DNA from: Eledone cirrhosa
Taxonomy: Eukaryota
Length of the DNA stretch: 64,000 nucleotides
Direction: 5' to 3'
NCBI GenBank assembly: GCA_964016885.1
Contig: OZ024744.1
Span: forward strand, 7,688,001 to 7,752,000
Notes under the pieces: model-generated
Databases searched by the model: none
Told to the model about the DNA's origin: nothing
The model's input: the letters and a program-made list of their open reading frames with translations, nothing else
Made by a program: the position numbers and the translations under genes
Shown here: in pieces, positions 23,658 to 38,099 of the stretch
Position numbering within the stretch: position 1 is the stretch's first letter
How the letters are laid out: the number at the start of each line of letters is the position of its first letter

Positions 23658-24877
23658 ATTATTAAACATAGTAAATGCCGAATATTCTAGTTAGCATACA
23701 TGCAACTACTTTATTCCAGCTAGATACTTCTACGGGTCCTTGTTAAGCGAGGACTTATTTCTGTTATTAATGATAAACATCTTTATTATATTTGAGAAGT
23801 GTATAGGTGTTCGTCAAGTTGTAGTTAATATTTATTTTAAGGCAGAAAACTGTTGATGCGGACCATTAATAATAAAGTTAATAATAACAAATTAATAACG
23901 TACAAGATAGAAGTAAATCAATGATGCAAACAGCTTCATATCAAACACTAATATCAGTTGAAATGAGTCCAAAAAACATCAATTCCAACAAAATCAGTTA
24001 TTCTTGATTGATAGGAAAACTGGCGGCAATTAGGTTGCGATACCTGAAATTAGATATTCTTGTATAAATAGGCCGTCCGGATAAAGCTGTGGAGCTGACG
24101 GATATGACTTATAAAGAAGATAAAAATGACAGGAAGATATTTATTGATATGAAGGAAATTTGCAAACGTTGCTAACAGCGGGGAAGTGGAGGGCAAGGTA
24201 ATGAGTAAAGTTAGAGATTTCTACTAGAAGAGAAAGAAATTATTTCAGATCTAAGTTTAAGTAGAAGACGTAATTAATTAATGATTGTTCGATGTCGTGA
24301 TTCCAAGCGTCTTATTTAATATGAGAAAATAAAATAAATCATTGATAACTCCAGGAATAAACCGATCTTAATAGAATAATAGAAAATATAAGCAATATTG
24401 ATGCTAAATATGTAAATTAAGACATCCAGCTGATTTATACTTAATAAAGAAATTATGTTAAATCAGTAAATTTAGCGGTTTTCTTGAAAACCAAAGAGAA
24501 ATGTGGTCGCTCACATGCTAGAAATACCAGCTAAATACCCTTCAAATAACCACTTATCGTTTTAAGAAAGGGAAATACACTTTAAATAATTTAGTGAAAA
24601 ATAGTCTGTTTTTGAACACAAAAGAAGACAGTTCTAGGAAGTTCTTGATCAAGTGCTGATGGATCAAGATTGACCTCGTGTTAATCACCAAGGATAAAAA
24701 CACTATAATAACAGATTAAGGATGGGTCCCCTGCTAGTTATATGGTAGAATTATACAATAACATGATTTAATAAGAGAGTTCCAGTGTCGATACTTAAAC
24801 AGAAGGCATAAGTTGATCAAACAAATACGCAAATACATACGTATCGACAAAACACGTGTAGTGTCTTTCATACACAT

Positions 24878-25292
24878 GTGTGGTTGTGTGTGTGTGTTGT
24901 GTGTTGTGTATGTTTGTGGGTGTATGTGTGTAAGTGTGTGGATGTGTGTATATAAGTGTATATATGTGTGTTGTGTGAGTTTGTGTGCATGTGTTTGTGG
25001 GCATGTGTTTATATTGTGAGCGTGTTTGTTGTGTGTGCGCGTGTTGCGTATGTGTTTGCGTGTATGTGTGTGCTGTGTGTGTATGCGATGTGTGTGTTGT
25101 TTGTGTGTGTGCTTGTGTGTGTTGCGTGTGTGTCCGTGTGTTTCTGTGTGCGTGTCTGTCTGCGTGTGTCTGTGTGTAAATATATGTAAGTGTGCATGTG
25201 TGTGATGTCTGCGTTTGTCCGCCTGTGTCTGTATATATATATATATGTCTGTGTAATGTGTATATGTGTATACTCTCAATTGTTTGTGTGTC
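24878..25292. repeat. Degenerate (GT)n tract
   Basis: Direct inspection; source of the H/T- and C/V-rich ORFs. Confidence 0.9.
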
Positions 25293-26403
25293 ACATCCTG
25301 CTCCAAGTATATTTATTTATTATTCTTCTATTCTTTATTGAGGATTTAAATATTTCGTCTGATATTTTACCCACTGACCCTCAGTCTCTTATAACAATAG
25401 GGGTTAACTATAATTTTCCAACAGGGTCACTATTCCTATATGCTTTACTTGGGATAGTTCTTAAGTTGAATGTGACATGTGACGTTTAAGAAATTAACAA
25501 TCGTCGGGTGTGACATTATCACAATATTTTCCCGGAAACTACCCAGAAATTCGATCATGTTCTTTTCTGAACTTTACTCTGTGTCATCTGTTAAGGTCAT
25601 ATGAAAGGTCTAATTCCATCGCAGTATAGGACGAAGTCAAATTCTATCTTTTGCAGGCATATGTAAACAGCAAACCCTAAGAATGTTACTAACCTCTGCT
25701 TCTCTGTCAAATAAAATCATTTCTACATGAAAAGTTGCATGTTGTTCAATTCTCTTGACTGAAAAAGTAATATTTGTCTTGCGTGCATTACTATATACAC
25801 AATGTAGAAAATAGTATGTTTAAGAAGGCTAAGACAATGTGAAATTGACGGTAAAATGAAGGCAACGATGAAGTTTGTAACCTGGTATTTATTATTATTA
25901 TCTTTATTAATATTATAAGTTCCGAAATATTAGGACGAAAAATAAAAGATAATAATAAATACCTCAATAAATATTCTGAAGATTTAACACGTCGTCCTTT
26001 ATATATATATATAACAAATTTAATGTAGAACTGGCTTCTACAGGACTAGAACTGTTTCATTCGAAGGAAACCATGAGGAAAGCCAACTTGAATGTAATGC
26101 AGTGTATTTGTGTGTTTTCTGGTGGTTGAGGAAGGTGGTTATTTTAAGTATAAGTAGAAGTCATTGGGTGAGGGATTTTAAGGAACAGGGATTCTTTGAA
26201 AAAAATATTTTTAGAAATATACAATTAATAGAATAAGACAGATGAAAAGCAAGTTCTTATACACACTTAAATACCTTTAGAAATTCATACATATTATCGC
26301 CCACCTATTTTAAAGTAAACAAAAGGATTTTATAATGGCTAGTCCTGGCCAAATAAGTTTTGGTATCATCTGTCAAATCAATCAACACACACACACGCAC
26401 ACA

Positions 26404-26499
<96 letters not shown>

Positions 26500-26547
26500 A
26501 TAAAATGTGGAGAGGAAGCACACGAGTTAGGATATTTATATATATAT

Positions 26548-29020
26548 ATATATGAAAACAGGGGAAAGAGACGATTATTAGGAAGAAAATTATATTTTTT
26601 TTCCCTTTTTATTTCTCTCTTTCTTTTTTTCTGGGTTAGGAAATGATTAAAACGAAATATTTTAGATTACTTTGTGTGAAGTGTTAAGATATTAGTTGAT
26701 TTATTTATTAATTAACAATGGCATTTATTTATTTATTTATATATTTAATAATTGTCTATTACCGGTTTCAGCATTTTTATGCATTATCAAATGATAATAA
26801 TATGTATTGGTGTTAAAGAAATGGTGCAGAAAGAATAATGTTATTTACAAACAAGGTTTATGAAGTGAAAAGAAAAAAGAAAAAAGAAAAACAGGAGCGT
26901 AAAAAGGAGCATAAAAAGTCAACGTGAAAGAAAAAATATGTTATTTACAGGCATAGTTCTTGAAGTTAAGCAGATCAAAATGTGTTAATATAGCAAGGGT
27001 GCTTAGTTGATCCATGATGGAGGCAAATAGTGGACTTTGGTTTGATAGGATCTCCCTTTTTAGAGAGTTAATATGCAGGGGGAGGCAATTTATGCTGAAT
27101 GATATTTAATTTATTTAAGAAAAAGGATTATGTAGGGTGTGAGGGAGGTAACTCTTGTAAATGTGTGATTGTTTGTTCCAGTTTTAGTTTAGTCCGAAGT
27201 TTAGTGCATTAAGTAGAGGTTGGAATTTGTTAATGAAATACGTTTCCTTATTGGTACGATGGATGAAAGAAGAGTTGTCTATGAATTTGTAAATGGGGAA
27301 AATTTTAAAGTTTGGATGTTGTTTGGGTGCACAATTGGCGATACGTTCACTAAATGCAATCTTGCTGTATTCCTGTATTTTAATTTGTGATTTATGGACG
27401 GTCATACGTTATCGGAGGCTGTTCTATGTAGTGCTCTTGATAACCTGAGCAGGACAAAACATAGATTAGGTTTTCAGATGCACATGTAAAATTGTGTTTA
27501 ACTGTGAAATGTTGTCCTTGTTTAAAATGGAATTTGAACCTTCTATTAGATTTATGCATATGCCACAGTTGGCCCTTCCGCATTTTGTTACTGTAGGGTT
27601 CATTGTGAGGGTTTGTTGGACTTTGGCTTGTGTGAGGATGTTTTTTATGGATTTAGGTTGTCTTTTGCTCTTTATGATGTTTTGTGTTTGGAGGATTTTG
27701 TTCATTCTTGGGTCTCTTTTCTTTTAGTAAAATAATATTCTGGAGGATGGTGTCGAATGCCTCATGGTTGGGGGTGTTGTGTGTGGAGATGTATGGTAGA
27801 GTTTTATGTTGCGGTTCATTCCTGGGTTTGGGGTGTCTGAGTTCCTGGATGTCGTATTTTAGGGCACGTTGGAATCCATTGTTGATTAGGGATGGTGGGT
27901 AGTTTCTGCTGATAAGTGTGTTTTTTAATACTTCTAGTGGTGTGTAGCATGTGTATTTATCTGAAACTATTGTGCAGATCCTTCTGGCTAGATTATAAAG
28001 AATTGCCATTTTAGTATGTCGAGGGTGGCACAAGTTGAATGGAAGGTATTGTTTGGAGTCTGTGGGTTTGTAGTATATGTCTGTTTCTATTTTGTTGTCT
28101 GTTTTCTTGATGAGGATGTCGAGGAAAGGGAGTTGTTCATGGCTATAATCCATTGTAAATTGTAAGTTTGTGTTGAGCCCATTTAGAAGGGTTTTGAACC
28201 CAATCAGTCTATCTATACTTTCATGCCAGAAGATGAAGCAGTTGTCCAGATATCTCTTCCAGTTCTTTTCTATGTGTAGGTAGAAGTGGTTACCATATTT
28301 GTCTAGAACTTTTCGGTAGAGAGTGGTTTCCAAATATCACATGACAAGGGTGGCGTATGAGAGGGCTACTTTCGTGCCCAGGGCAGTCCCAGATTTCTGT
28401 CTGTAGTATTTGGCATTGAATTCGAACAAATTATTTTCCAAGATGAATTTGAGGCCCTCCAACACAAATTCTCTAGGGATGCGCTGTAGAAGTTCACTAG
28501 GGAAATGTTCAAGCCAGAATTGTATTGCCTCTATACCTAGGTTGTGTGGAATATTGGAATATAGATTGATGACTTCAAAGGTAACTAGTAGGGTATGTTC
28601 ATTATTGAGTGTTGTTGGGAGGTGGTTGAGCCTGTCAAGGTCATCCCTTGTAAAGCTGTTTATGTGTTTTAGGAAAGGTTTAAGCAGAATATCTAGGAAG
28701 TTGCTTAGGCGGTGGATTTCACATGTGGTGCCTGCTATTATGGGTCTTAATTTAAGGTAATCAGAAGGGGCTATATTGATGTAAACGTCTGTGGCTTGCT
28801 TGCAGGCCCTGCTTATTACTTCGCTTTAAATATATAAATAGATAAATAAATGCCATTGTTAAATAATAAATAGATCAACTAATAACTTAACACTTCAAAC
28901 AAAGTAAACTATTTCGTGTTAATCATTTTCTAACCCAGAAAAGAGAGAGAGAGAAATAAAAAGGGAGAAAAATATATTTGACTTCCTAATAATCGTCTCT
29001 CTCTCTCCCTGTTTTCATAT
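26548..29020 (-). mobile_element. PLE (Neptune-type), 5'-truncated, with inverted pLTR fragment
   Basis: 26548-26745 is inverted at 28828-29020. Degraded ORF 27184-28830: GTALGTKVALSYATL, WKRYLDNCF, LPFLDIL, TDIYYKPTD, CHPRHTK, CGRANCGIC, FTCASENLIYVLSC..YI. (TA)n at both ends. Confidence 0.88.
26755..26805 (-). ncRNA. Degenerate hammerhead in Neptune-type pLTR
   Basis: Minus strand: TCAT-TTGATAA-TGCAT(AAAA)ATGCT-GAAA-CCGG-TA^ATAGA; two core substitutions, palindromic ACCGGT stem III. Confidence 0.5.
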
Positions 29021-29035
29021 ATATATATATATATA

Positions 29036-29575
<540 letters not shown>

Positions 29576-29595
29576 ATATATATGTATATATATAA

Positions 29596-30002
<407 letters not shown>

Positions 30003-30021
30003 ATATATATATATATGTATG

Positions 30022-30052
<31 letters not shown>

Positions 30053-30089
30053 ATATATATATATATGTATGTATATATATATATATATG

Positions 30090-30173
<84 letters not shown>

Positions 30174-30328
30174 TATGTATATATATATATATATGTATGT
30201 ATATATATATATATGTATGTATATATATATATATATATGTATGTATATATATATATATGTATGTATATATATATATATGTATGTATATATATATATATAT
30301 ATGTATGTATATATATATATATATATAT

Positions 30329-30934
30329 GTCAGGTCACCAGTTGGTGCTACTGGTAACATGTATCCCAGTACAACCTGTCTCATGGTCGGGTCGTTGGCG
30401 ACTAAACTGGCAACCCCACCAAGGTTTCTTGGTGAGGAGGGTGACTTTGGACATCCTGCAGGACTAAAAACAAAACCTGTCAAAGGGCAAAGGAGCTCTT
30501 AAGAGTCAATGGCCATCCAAAATCACCGGGAGAGATGACCCCTTAGCCTTTGTCAAGGCAGAATTCTAGGAGAAGGAAAACTCTGATATAACACCTGCAA
30601 CCCTGATGGTATCCAATGATGTTGACTTGTTCTTCTTTTTGGTACATATCATCTTGTTTAAGAGAGTGGGACTGGCTTTGTGCAGTGCCTTTGCTCACTA
30701 TAAAAGCTTCACGGCACAGGCATTGCTTTATATCTGGAGATCTCTCTGCACTTGTCGTCAGATGGTACCAAGGGCCCAGCACTATGTGTCAATAATTGTC
30801 AAAAGTGTAGTGTTTGTACCAGAGTTTTCAAATCGCTGGCTGGACTAAAAAGTCACACTCGTTCAGCGCATCCGTAGGGGTTCTCCTACATGGATATAAA
30901 GTAGTGGCCGTACTCGAAAACGAGTTGGCAGCCA

Positions 30935-30937
<3 letters not shown>
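30329..30937. mobile_element. About 610-bp non-coding dispersed element in (TA)n, copy 1
   Basis: Near-identical end to end with 44706-45309; both flanked by TA repeats. Confidence 0.9.
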
Positions 30938-30995
<58 letters not shown>

Positions 30996-31111
30996 TATAT
31001 ATATGTATGTATATATATATGTATAGTTATATATATTTATATATATAAATATATATATATGTATATATATATATGTATATTTATATATATATATATATAA
31101 ATATATATGTA

Positions 31112-31147
<36 letters not shown>

Positions 31148-31177
31148 TATATGTATGTATATATATATATATATGTA

Positions 31178-31265
<88 letters not shown>

Positions 31266-31419
31266 TATATGTATGTATATATATATGTATGTATATATAT
31301 ATGTATATTTATATATATATATATATATATAAATATATATGTATATATATATATGTATATTTATATATATATATATATATTTATAAATATATATGTATGT
31401 ATATATATATATGTATATT

Positions 31420-31456
<37 letters not shown>

Positions 31457-31619
31457 GTATATTTATATATATATATATATAAATATATATGTATGTATAT
31501 ATATATATATGTATATTTATAGATATATATATATAAATATATATGTATGTATATATATATATGTATATTTATATATATATATATATATATAAATATGTAT
31601 GTATATATATATATATGAA

Positions 31620-31655
<36 letters not shown>

Positions 31656-31713
31656 TATATGTATGTATATATATATGTATATTTATATATGTATATTTAT
31701 ATATGTATATTTA

Positions 31714-31770
<57 letters not shown>

Positions 31771-31775
<5 letters not shown>

Positions 31776-32268
31776 CAAGGTTTAGCAAATAAGAAAATGT
31801 TTTAAAATAAATTTTAAAATGTCACTGTACCTGCAGTACCCTTACCGCGCGGTTTCAAGTCTCAAAATAGAATAAATGGATAATCCATGCGGAAATCCAG
31901 TGAGAAGAAGACTTTCGTCATAGGGTTCTTCTCCCTAGGAGAATATAAAATTCCCGAGTTCAAATCACGAACTGGCGCCATACAGAACTGTTCCCGGATG
32001 AGAGTGTATGATGAAGAAACAATTTTGTCTAGTGTCGTATGTAAAGATAGAAGGCAGGGGGGAAAGGTCAATGTACTGCCACTAGAAATAGCAGCAATAA
32101 AAACGACCAAAATGTTGTCTCGACCAGTGGAGAAAATAATAATAAAGTATGTTTTCATACATGCAAAATGCATATAGGGACACATGTATTATCCAACCGT
32201 ATGCCAATGTGGTTCTATGGCAGGTTAATAAATTATCGAGCCAGAACATATATAATCAAGGTTTGGCA

Positions 32269-32273
<5 letters not shown>
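31771..32273 (-). mobile_element. 481-bp-period unit with 22-bp terminal redundancy and a hammerhead (retrozyme/pLTR-like)
   Basis: ATAATCAAGGTTT(A/G)GCAAATAA at 31771-31792 and 32252-32273; (TA)n on both sides. Confidence 0.75.
31838..31926 (-). ncRNA. Hammerhead with enlarged loop II and C3A change
   Basis: Minus strand: ACCCT-ATGACGA-AAGTCT(about 46 nt)AGACTT-GAAA-CCGCGCGG-TA^AGGGT; palindromic ACCGCGCGGT stem III. Confidence 0.65.
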
Positions 32274-32324
<51 letters not shown>

Positions 32325-32976
32325 AATGAATAATAACAGGTAGACATCATAAAAAGGTAATTTATTCCGTGTGCTTACAAGTGTTTCCACGGTGGTACTG
32401 CAGCCTAGTTCCGCTACGTGCAAATTCACAAGTATTTGCAGAACTCGAATATCCAATGCTGTGACCACTGTTTCCTCAGAGCAGAATGGTAAATGTACAA
32501 TGTAAAAACCCTTAAGTAGGGTTGTTGGGGAAGATAGAGTGAAACAGGAAGAGAGAAAAGTAGGGAAGAAGGAGAGAGAAGGAAAGATATGCAGGGGTTG
32601 GAGAAGTAGGAGAGAGTGGTTTGTAGATATCTTAATCAAAATGTTATGGTAGGGGTTTTATTAGTTACTTTTGGAGAGATGCGTAGATAGTTGAGGTCGG
32701 AATTATTTATTGCCCCAGAGGGCAGGTTCATAGATGTTGAGAGGGAGGTGGGTCAAAGGTGAGAGAGAGAGAGCGTAATGGATGTAGAGAGAGATATATA
32801 GGTAGAGAGGAGACAGATAAAGTATGTGTGGTGAGTGAACTTTTGGTTTTGTAGTAGTAATCTAGGAATTGTACATGAGTTACCATGTATAGTGATAAGC
32901 AGTGTATTGTCTTGTAGTGTGGGGGGAAGAGAAGGTTGTTAGCTAGAAAGTGGTGTTGTAGTTACGGGTTCGAATG

Positions 32977-34474
32977 CTAAGTTATTTTATAGTAAGAGAA
33001 TTTAGCTTTTAGTTTGTGGTTGCAGTATAATGATCGTTCAATTCTATCGTTAAGTAGTTTGTTTTTGGATTTTAGTATGTAAAATAGCTCAAGGTTACAT
33101 AACCTGCAGTACTTCAATCCACTCCGATATGCATTTGCGCTGGAAAGTATATCCCATTTTAAGGTGAACTGTTGGTTGTGTTCACGGAGTTGCCAGGTCT
33201 TGTTGGCGAGCGTGGTCACAAAACGGTGATTGGGATGTTTGATTGAGAATCGATGACGGTACCAGCGAGATTTGGTGGTAGATCCGATATAATACCATTT
33301 CTGGTCGTTCGATTCAACCGTGCATTGGTAAACAATGTTGGACTTTAGGCATTCATTCTGCAATGGACATCTTTCAGGTAGATGGCAGTTACATTCTTTG
33401 TTGTGGGTAACGGGTATACCATGGATAGGTTGTGATAGCGGTACAGGTGGGTTGTGCAATACCCGTCTCCCATTAGTGGTTGGGAGGCAGATATTGCGTT
33501 CTGCCCATCTGTTACTAAAATGTTTTGTTTTGTAGAGTTGTTTAATTGCCTTAAGTTAATTTTTTTTTTATGTATGCTTCAAGGTTTGGTGCCGTGGCGT
33601 ATGATAGTCTAATAGTTTTAGAGTTCAGAATTTTGCTGTACTTATGGGAACTAGGGAAGTGTTTATTGATTAATTTAAAGAATGAAAGAGATAGTTTTGT
33701 ACTAATCGAGGCATTAAAAATAGGATTATACCAGATATACTTTCTACAACCTGATTTATTTGGTGGTGAACTTCTATTATTAGTATGTCTGGTAGTACCG
33801 TGTGTGTGTGCTTGTGTTTTAGTCCCCCGGTTACGTATACCTTGATTACGTGTAGAGCTATGTGTGTTGTGGAAATTACTATCGATGTATTCTATTGTAT
33901 CCCGGTGGCCAGCATTTCTTAATGCATTATTGTAGTATTCAGCATGTTCACTAAAAATATCAGAGTTAGACGATAGGCGAGAGATTCTAAGAGAAATACT
34001 CCGGGGAACTGATTTGATCATGGAGAGTGGGTGGTTAGAGTTAAAGTCAATATACGTAAGGTTCTCATTTACCTTGTGGAAGGGTCGTATCTGTCCGGTA
34101 TTCAAATTAAGAGTTACGTCCAGAAAGTTTACTACTTTAAGATTGTATTCGTATGTTATTTTTAGACCCAGTTCACTAAAAGATTTTCTAATATTTTTCC
34201 GTAGCCTTTCAAGATTTTGGTTATTCAAGTTATTAACTAATAAGAGCCCGTCATCTCTATATATCCCCCCCCCCCCCCTGTAGATTACTAAATCCACTAT
34301 GTAATATGTGGGCTATGTAAATTCCCACGAGATCCGTGACTTCAGCCGAGTCGTTGGAACCCATGGTAATATCGAAATTTGTGGGTCTGTCCTTACGTTC
34401 CCAGTAGCAGTTATCGAACTTAATAATGGTTTTTCTAGCCTCGAGAATAATATTAATTTCGTCCTCCGTTAGGT
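32977..34474 (-). pseudogene. Inverted duplicate of the PLE RT + GIY-YIG ORF
   Basis: ORFs 34257..34508, 33551..34297 and 32977..33459 match the + copy almost residue for residue; extra frameshift in the C-run at 34265. Confidence 0.93.
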
Positions 34475-34479
34475 ACCCG

Positions 34480-36281
34480 CTACCCCCACCTTCAACCTGA
34501 AGGACCATAAGGTAAATTTTGACTCTAACCCTAAGATTAGACTTATATGCCCTTCTAAATCAGACATAGGGAAAATTAGTAAACATATACTTGACAGAGT
34601 AATAACTCAAGTGAAAAAGAAAATTGAAATTAAATTATGGGGCAACACTAGCGAAGCAATTCGCTGGTTTAATAATGTTAAGAATAAGAATAAATGTAAG
34701 TTTATACAATTTGACATAGACGAATACTACTCTTCCATCTCACCAAGCACTTTACGTAAAGCCCTATCGTTTGCTAAGGCCAATTCCGACCTAACGGAGG
34801 ACGAAATTAATATTATTCTCGAGGCTAGAAAAACCATTATTAAGTTCGATAACTGCTACTGGGAACGTAAGGACAGACCCACAAATTTCGATATTACCAT
34901 GGGTTCCAACGACTCGGCTGAAGTCACGGATCTCGTGGGAATTTACATAGCCCACATATTACATAGTGGATTTAGTAATCTACAGGGGGGGGGGATATAT
35001 AGAGATGACGGGCTCTTATTAGTTAATAACTTGAATAACCAAAATCTTGAAAGGCTACGGAAAAATATTAGAAAATCTTTTAGTGAACTGGGTCTAAAAA
35101 TAACATACGAATACAATCTTAAAGTAGTAAACTTTCTGGACGTAACTCTTAATTTGAATACCGGACAGATACGACCCTTCCACAAGGTAAATGAGAACCT
35201 TACGTATATTGACTTTAACTCTAACCACCCACTCTCCATGATCAAATCAGTTCCCCGGAGTATTTCTCTTAGAATCTCTCGCCTATCGTCTAACTCTGAT
35301 ATTTTTAGTGAACATGCTGAATACTACAATAATGCATTAAGAAATGCTGACCACCGGGATACAATAGAATACATCGATAGTAATTTCCACAACACACATA
35401 GCTCTACACGTAATCAAGGTATACGTAACCGGGGGACTAAAACACAAGCACACACACACGGTACTACCAGACATACTAATAATAGAAGATCACCACCAAA
35501 TAAATCAGGTTGTAGAAAGTATATCTGGTATAATCCTATTTTTAATGCCTCGATTAGTACAAAACTATCTCTTTCATTCTTTAAATTAATCAATAAACAC
35601 TTCCCTAGTTCCCATAAGTACAGCAAAATTCTGAACTCTAAAACTATTAGACTATCATACGCCACGGCACCAAACCTTGAAGCATACATAAAAAAAAATT
35701 AACTTAAGGCAATTAAACAACTCTACAAAACAAAACATTTTAGTAACAGATGGGCAGAACGCAATATCTGCCTCCCAACCACTAATGGGAGACGGGTATT
35801 GCATAACCCACCTGTACCGCTATCACAACCTATCCATGGTATACCCGCTACCCACAACAAAGAATGTAACTGCCATCTACCTGAAAGATGTCCATTGCAG
35901 AATGAATGCCTAAAGTCCAACATTGTTTACCAATGCACGGTTGAATCGAACGACCAGAAATGGTATTATATCGGATCTACCACCAAATCTCGCTGGTACC
36001 GTCATCGATTCTCAATCAAACATCCCAATCACCGTTTTGTGACCACGCTCGCCAACAAGACCTGGCAACTCCGTGAACACAACCAACAGTTCACCTTAAA
36101 ATGGGATATACTTTCCAGCGCAAATGCATATCGGAGTGGATTGAAGTACTGCAGGTTATGTAACCTTGAGCTATTTTACATACTAAAATCCAAAAACAAA
36201 CTACTTAACGATAGAATTGAACGATCATTATACTGCAACCACAAACTAAAAGCTAAATTCTCTTACTATAAAATAACTTAG
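34480..36281 (+). pseudogene. PLE RT + GIY-YIG, 5'-truncated, frameshift in A-run near 35697
   Basis: NLKDHK, FIQFDIDEYYSSI, FDITMGSNDSAEVTDLVG, GGIYRDDGL, SNHP, IWYNPIF, CNCHLPERCPLQNEC, IVYQC...YIGST, CRLCNLE, LLNDR. Confidence 0.93.
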
Positions 36282-37056
36282 CATTCGAACCCGTAACTAC
36301 AACACCACTTTCTAGCTAACAACCTTCTCTTCCCCCCACACTACAAGACAATACACTGCTTATCACTATACATGGTAACTCAGTACAATTCCTAGATTAC
36401 TACTACAAAACCAAAAGTTCACTCACCACACATACTTTATCTGTCTCCTCTCTACCTATATATCTCTCTCTACATCCATTACACTCTCTCTCTCTCACCT
36501 TTGACCCACCTCCCTCTCAACATCTATGAACCTGCCCTCTGGGGCAATAAATAATTCCGACCTCAACTATCTACGCATCTCTCCAAAAGTAACTAATAAA
36601 ACCCCTACCATAACATTTTGATTAAGATATCTACAAACCACTGCATATCTTTCCTTCTCTCTCCTTCTTCCCTACTTTTCTCTCTTCCTGTTTCACTCTA
36701 TCTTCCCCCAACAACCCTACTTAAGGGTTTTTACATTGTACATTTACCATTCTGCTCTGAGGAAACAGTGGTCACAGCATTGGATATTCGAGTTCTGCAA
36801 ATACTTGTGAATTTGCACGTAGCGGAACTAGGCTGCAGTACCACCGTGGAAACACTTGTAAGCACACGGAATAAATTACCTTTTTATGATGTCTACCTGT
36901 TATTATTCATTCTTTATATACACTCCGGAATACTGAAGGATCAGGAACTAAGTTTCTTGAACAATTCTTCCATAACTCGTAGAGTAACCTCTTACCGTAC
37001 GTCAACCATATCCAGTGTAGTAATTAACCATCACTACATCTTGGATAATCCTATAC

Positions 37057-37119
<63 letters not shown>

Positions 37120-37388
37120 AATTTATAATTAGAGAAGTTCAACCAAAATCTATGAAGAAGTGTTTATTAGTTTACAATTGTTTCGAAGGAGGAAGTCATA
37201 ATTTAATCAATAAACGTATATACTATCAATATTTCAATTAATAGACACCCGTGTTATTAAGAGTTATTAAAGACTTAAACTTAGCCTTCAGAACAAAATT
37301 TAAAAATATGTCACTTAGGGACGATTACATGAAGCGGGAAAAGCACTGGATCTACATAGGATCCACGAGTAGACAAAGGTATAGGCAG

Positions 37389-37470
<82 letters not shown>

Positions 37471-37504
37471 ATGTGTGTGTGTGTGTTTGTGTATTCGTGA
37501 GTGA

Positions 37505-38055
37505 ATAATAATAATAATATTATAATCATATATTTTTATTATTTGGTTTGTTTACAAGTAAACAGCCTCATAAAACACCACGTGGTAGATGAGCAAGCTC
37601 ATCGTATTGTTCCAGCTGTAGCTGAGAGACAACAATCGACAATCGACAATCCACAATTGTTTCGGAGTGTCTTGTTCCTTGTCAATATTGTGTAATCTGC
37701 TCGTTAGCTACCGTCTGGTAGTGTTGTTATTTCTCTGAGGAACTGGAATCATATGATTCCAGTTCCTCAGAGAAATAACAACACAACCAGGAGCTGGACA
37801 TATCCATGTATTGACGGAGTAAAACACACTTCAACAATATGTGTACCTCTCTTTCCCACACCAATTCGGACTGCCTGAAGAAGTCACAGCCAATGATGGC
37901 TGTCACCGAAATATATATAGTAGTATATCTATAATTTATAATAAACGAAGCCTAATTTTAAATGTTTGACAAATTTTAAATATTTAACATTACACCGGAG
38001 TAAACAAACCAACCTGCATACTTCGTCGAGTGCTCCAATCTGTATACTCAATATA
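37505..38055 (+). mobile_element. Short PLE-end derivative with a 64-bp perfect palindrome and a hammerhead
   Basis: Palindrome gtgttgttatttctctgaggaactggaatcat|atgattccagttcctcagagaaataacaacac (37721-37784); related sequence at 55600-55660; ends in (TA)n. Confidence 0.72.
37870..37924 (+). ncRNA. Minimal hammerhead ribozyme
   Basis: ACTGC-CTGAAGA-AGTCACAGCCA(ATGA)TGGCTGTCACC-GAAA-TATATA-TA^GTAGT. Confidence 0.78.
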
Positions 38056-38099
38056 TATATATATATATACTCAATATATATATTTATATATATATATAT

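Larger units (their letters stand above)
32320..36919. mobile_element. PLE (Hydra-type) as a 4.6-kb inverted duplication: two 5'-truncated copies head to head
   Basis: 32320-34474 is the reverse complement of 34789-36919 with near identity; unique spacer 34475-34788. Confidence 0.95.

Noticed and set aside
23890-24330. Possible ancient CR1/Jockey RT remnant on the minus strand
   Set aside because: Only faint motif resemblance (…DMKLF); cannot be supported without an alignment
31862-32185. ORFs on both strands of the 481-bp unit
   Set aside because: No convincing homology; weak resemblance to a GIY-YIG tail is insufficient
37165-37220. Hammerhead-like GAAACAATTGTA on the minus strand; similar halves at about 46628 and 50893
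   Set aside because: No recognisable CUGANGA and stem II; too degenerate to call
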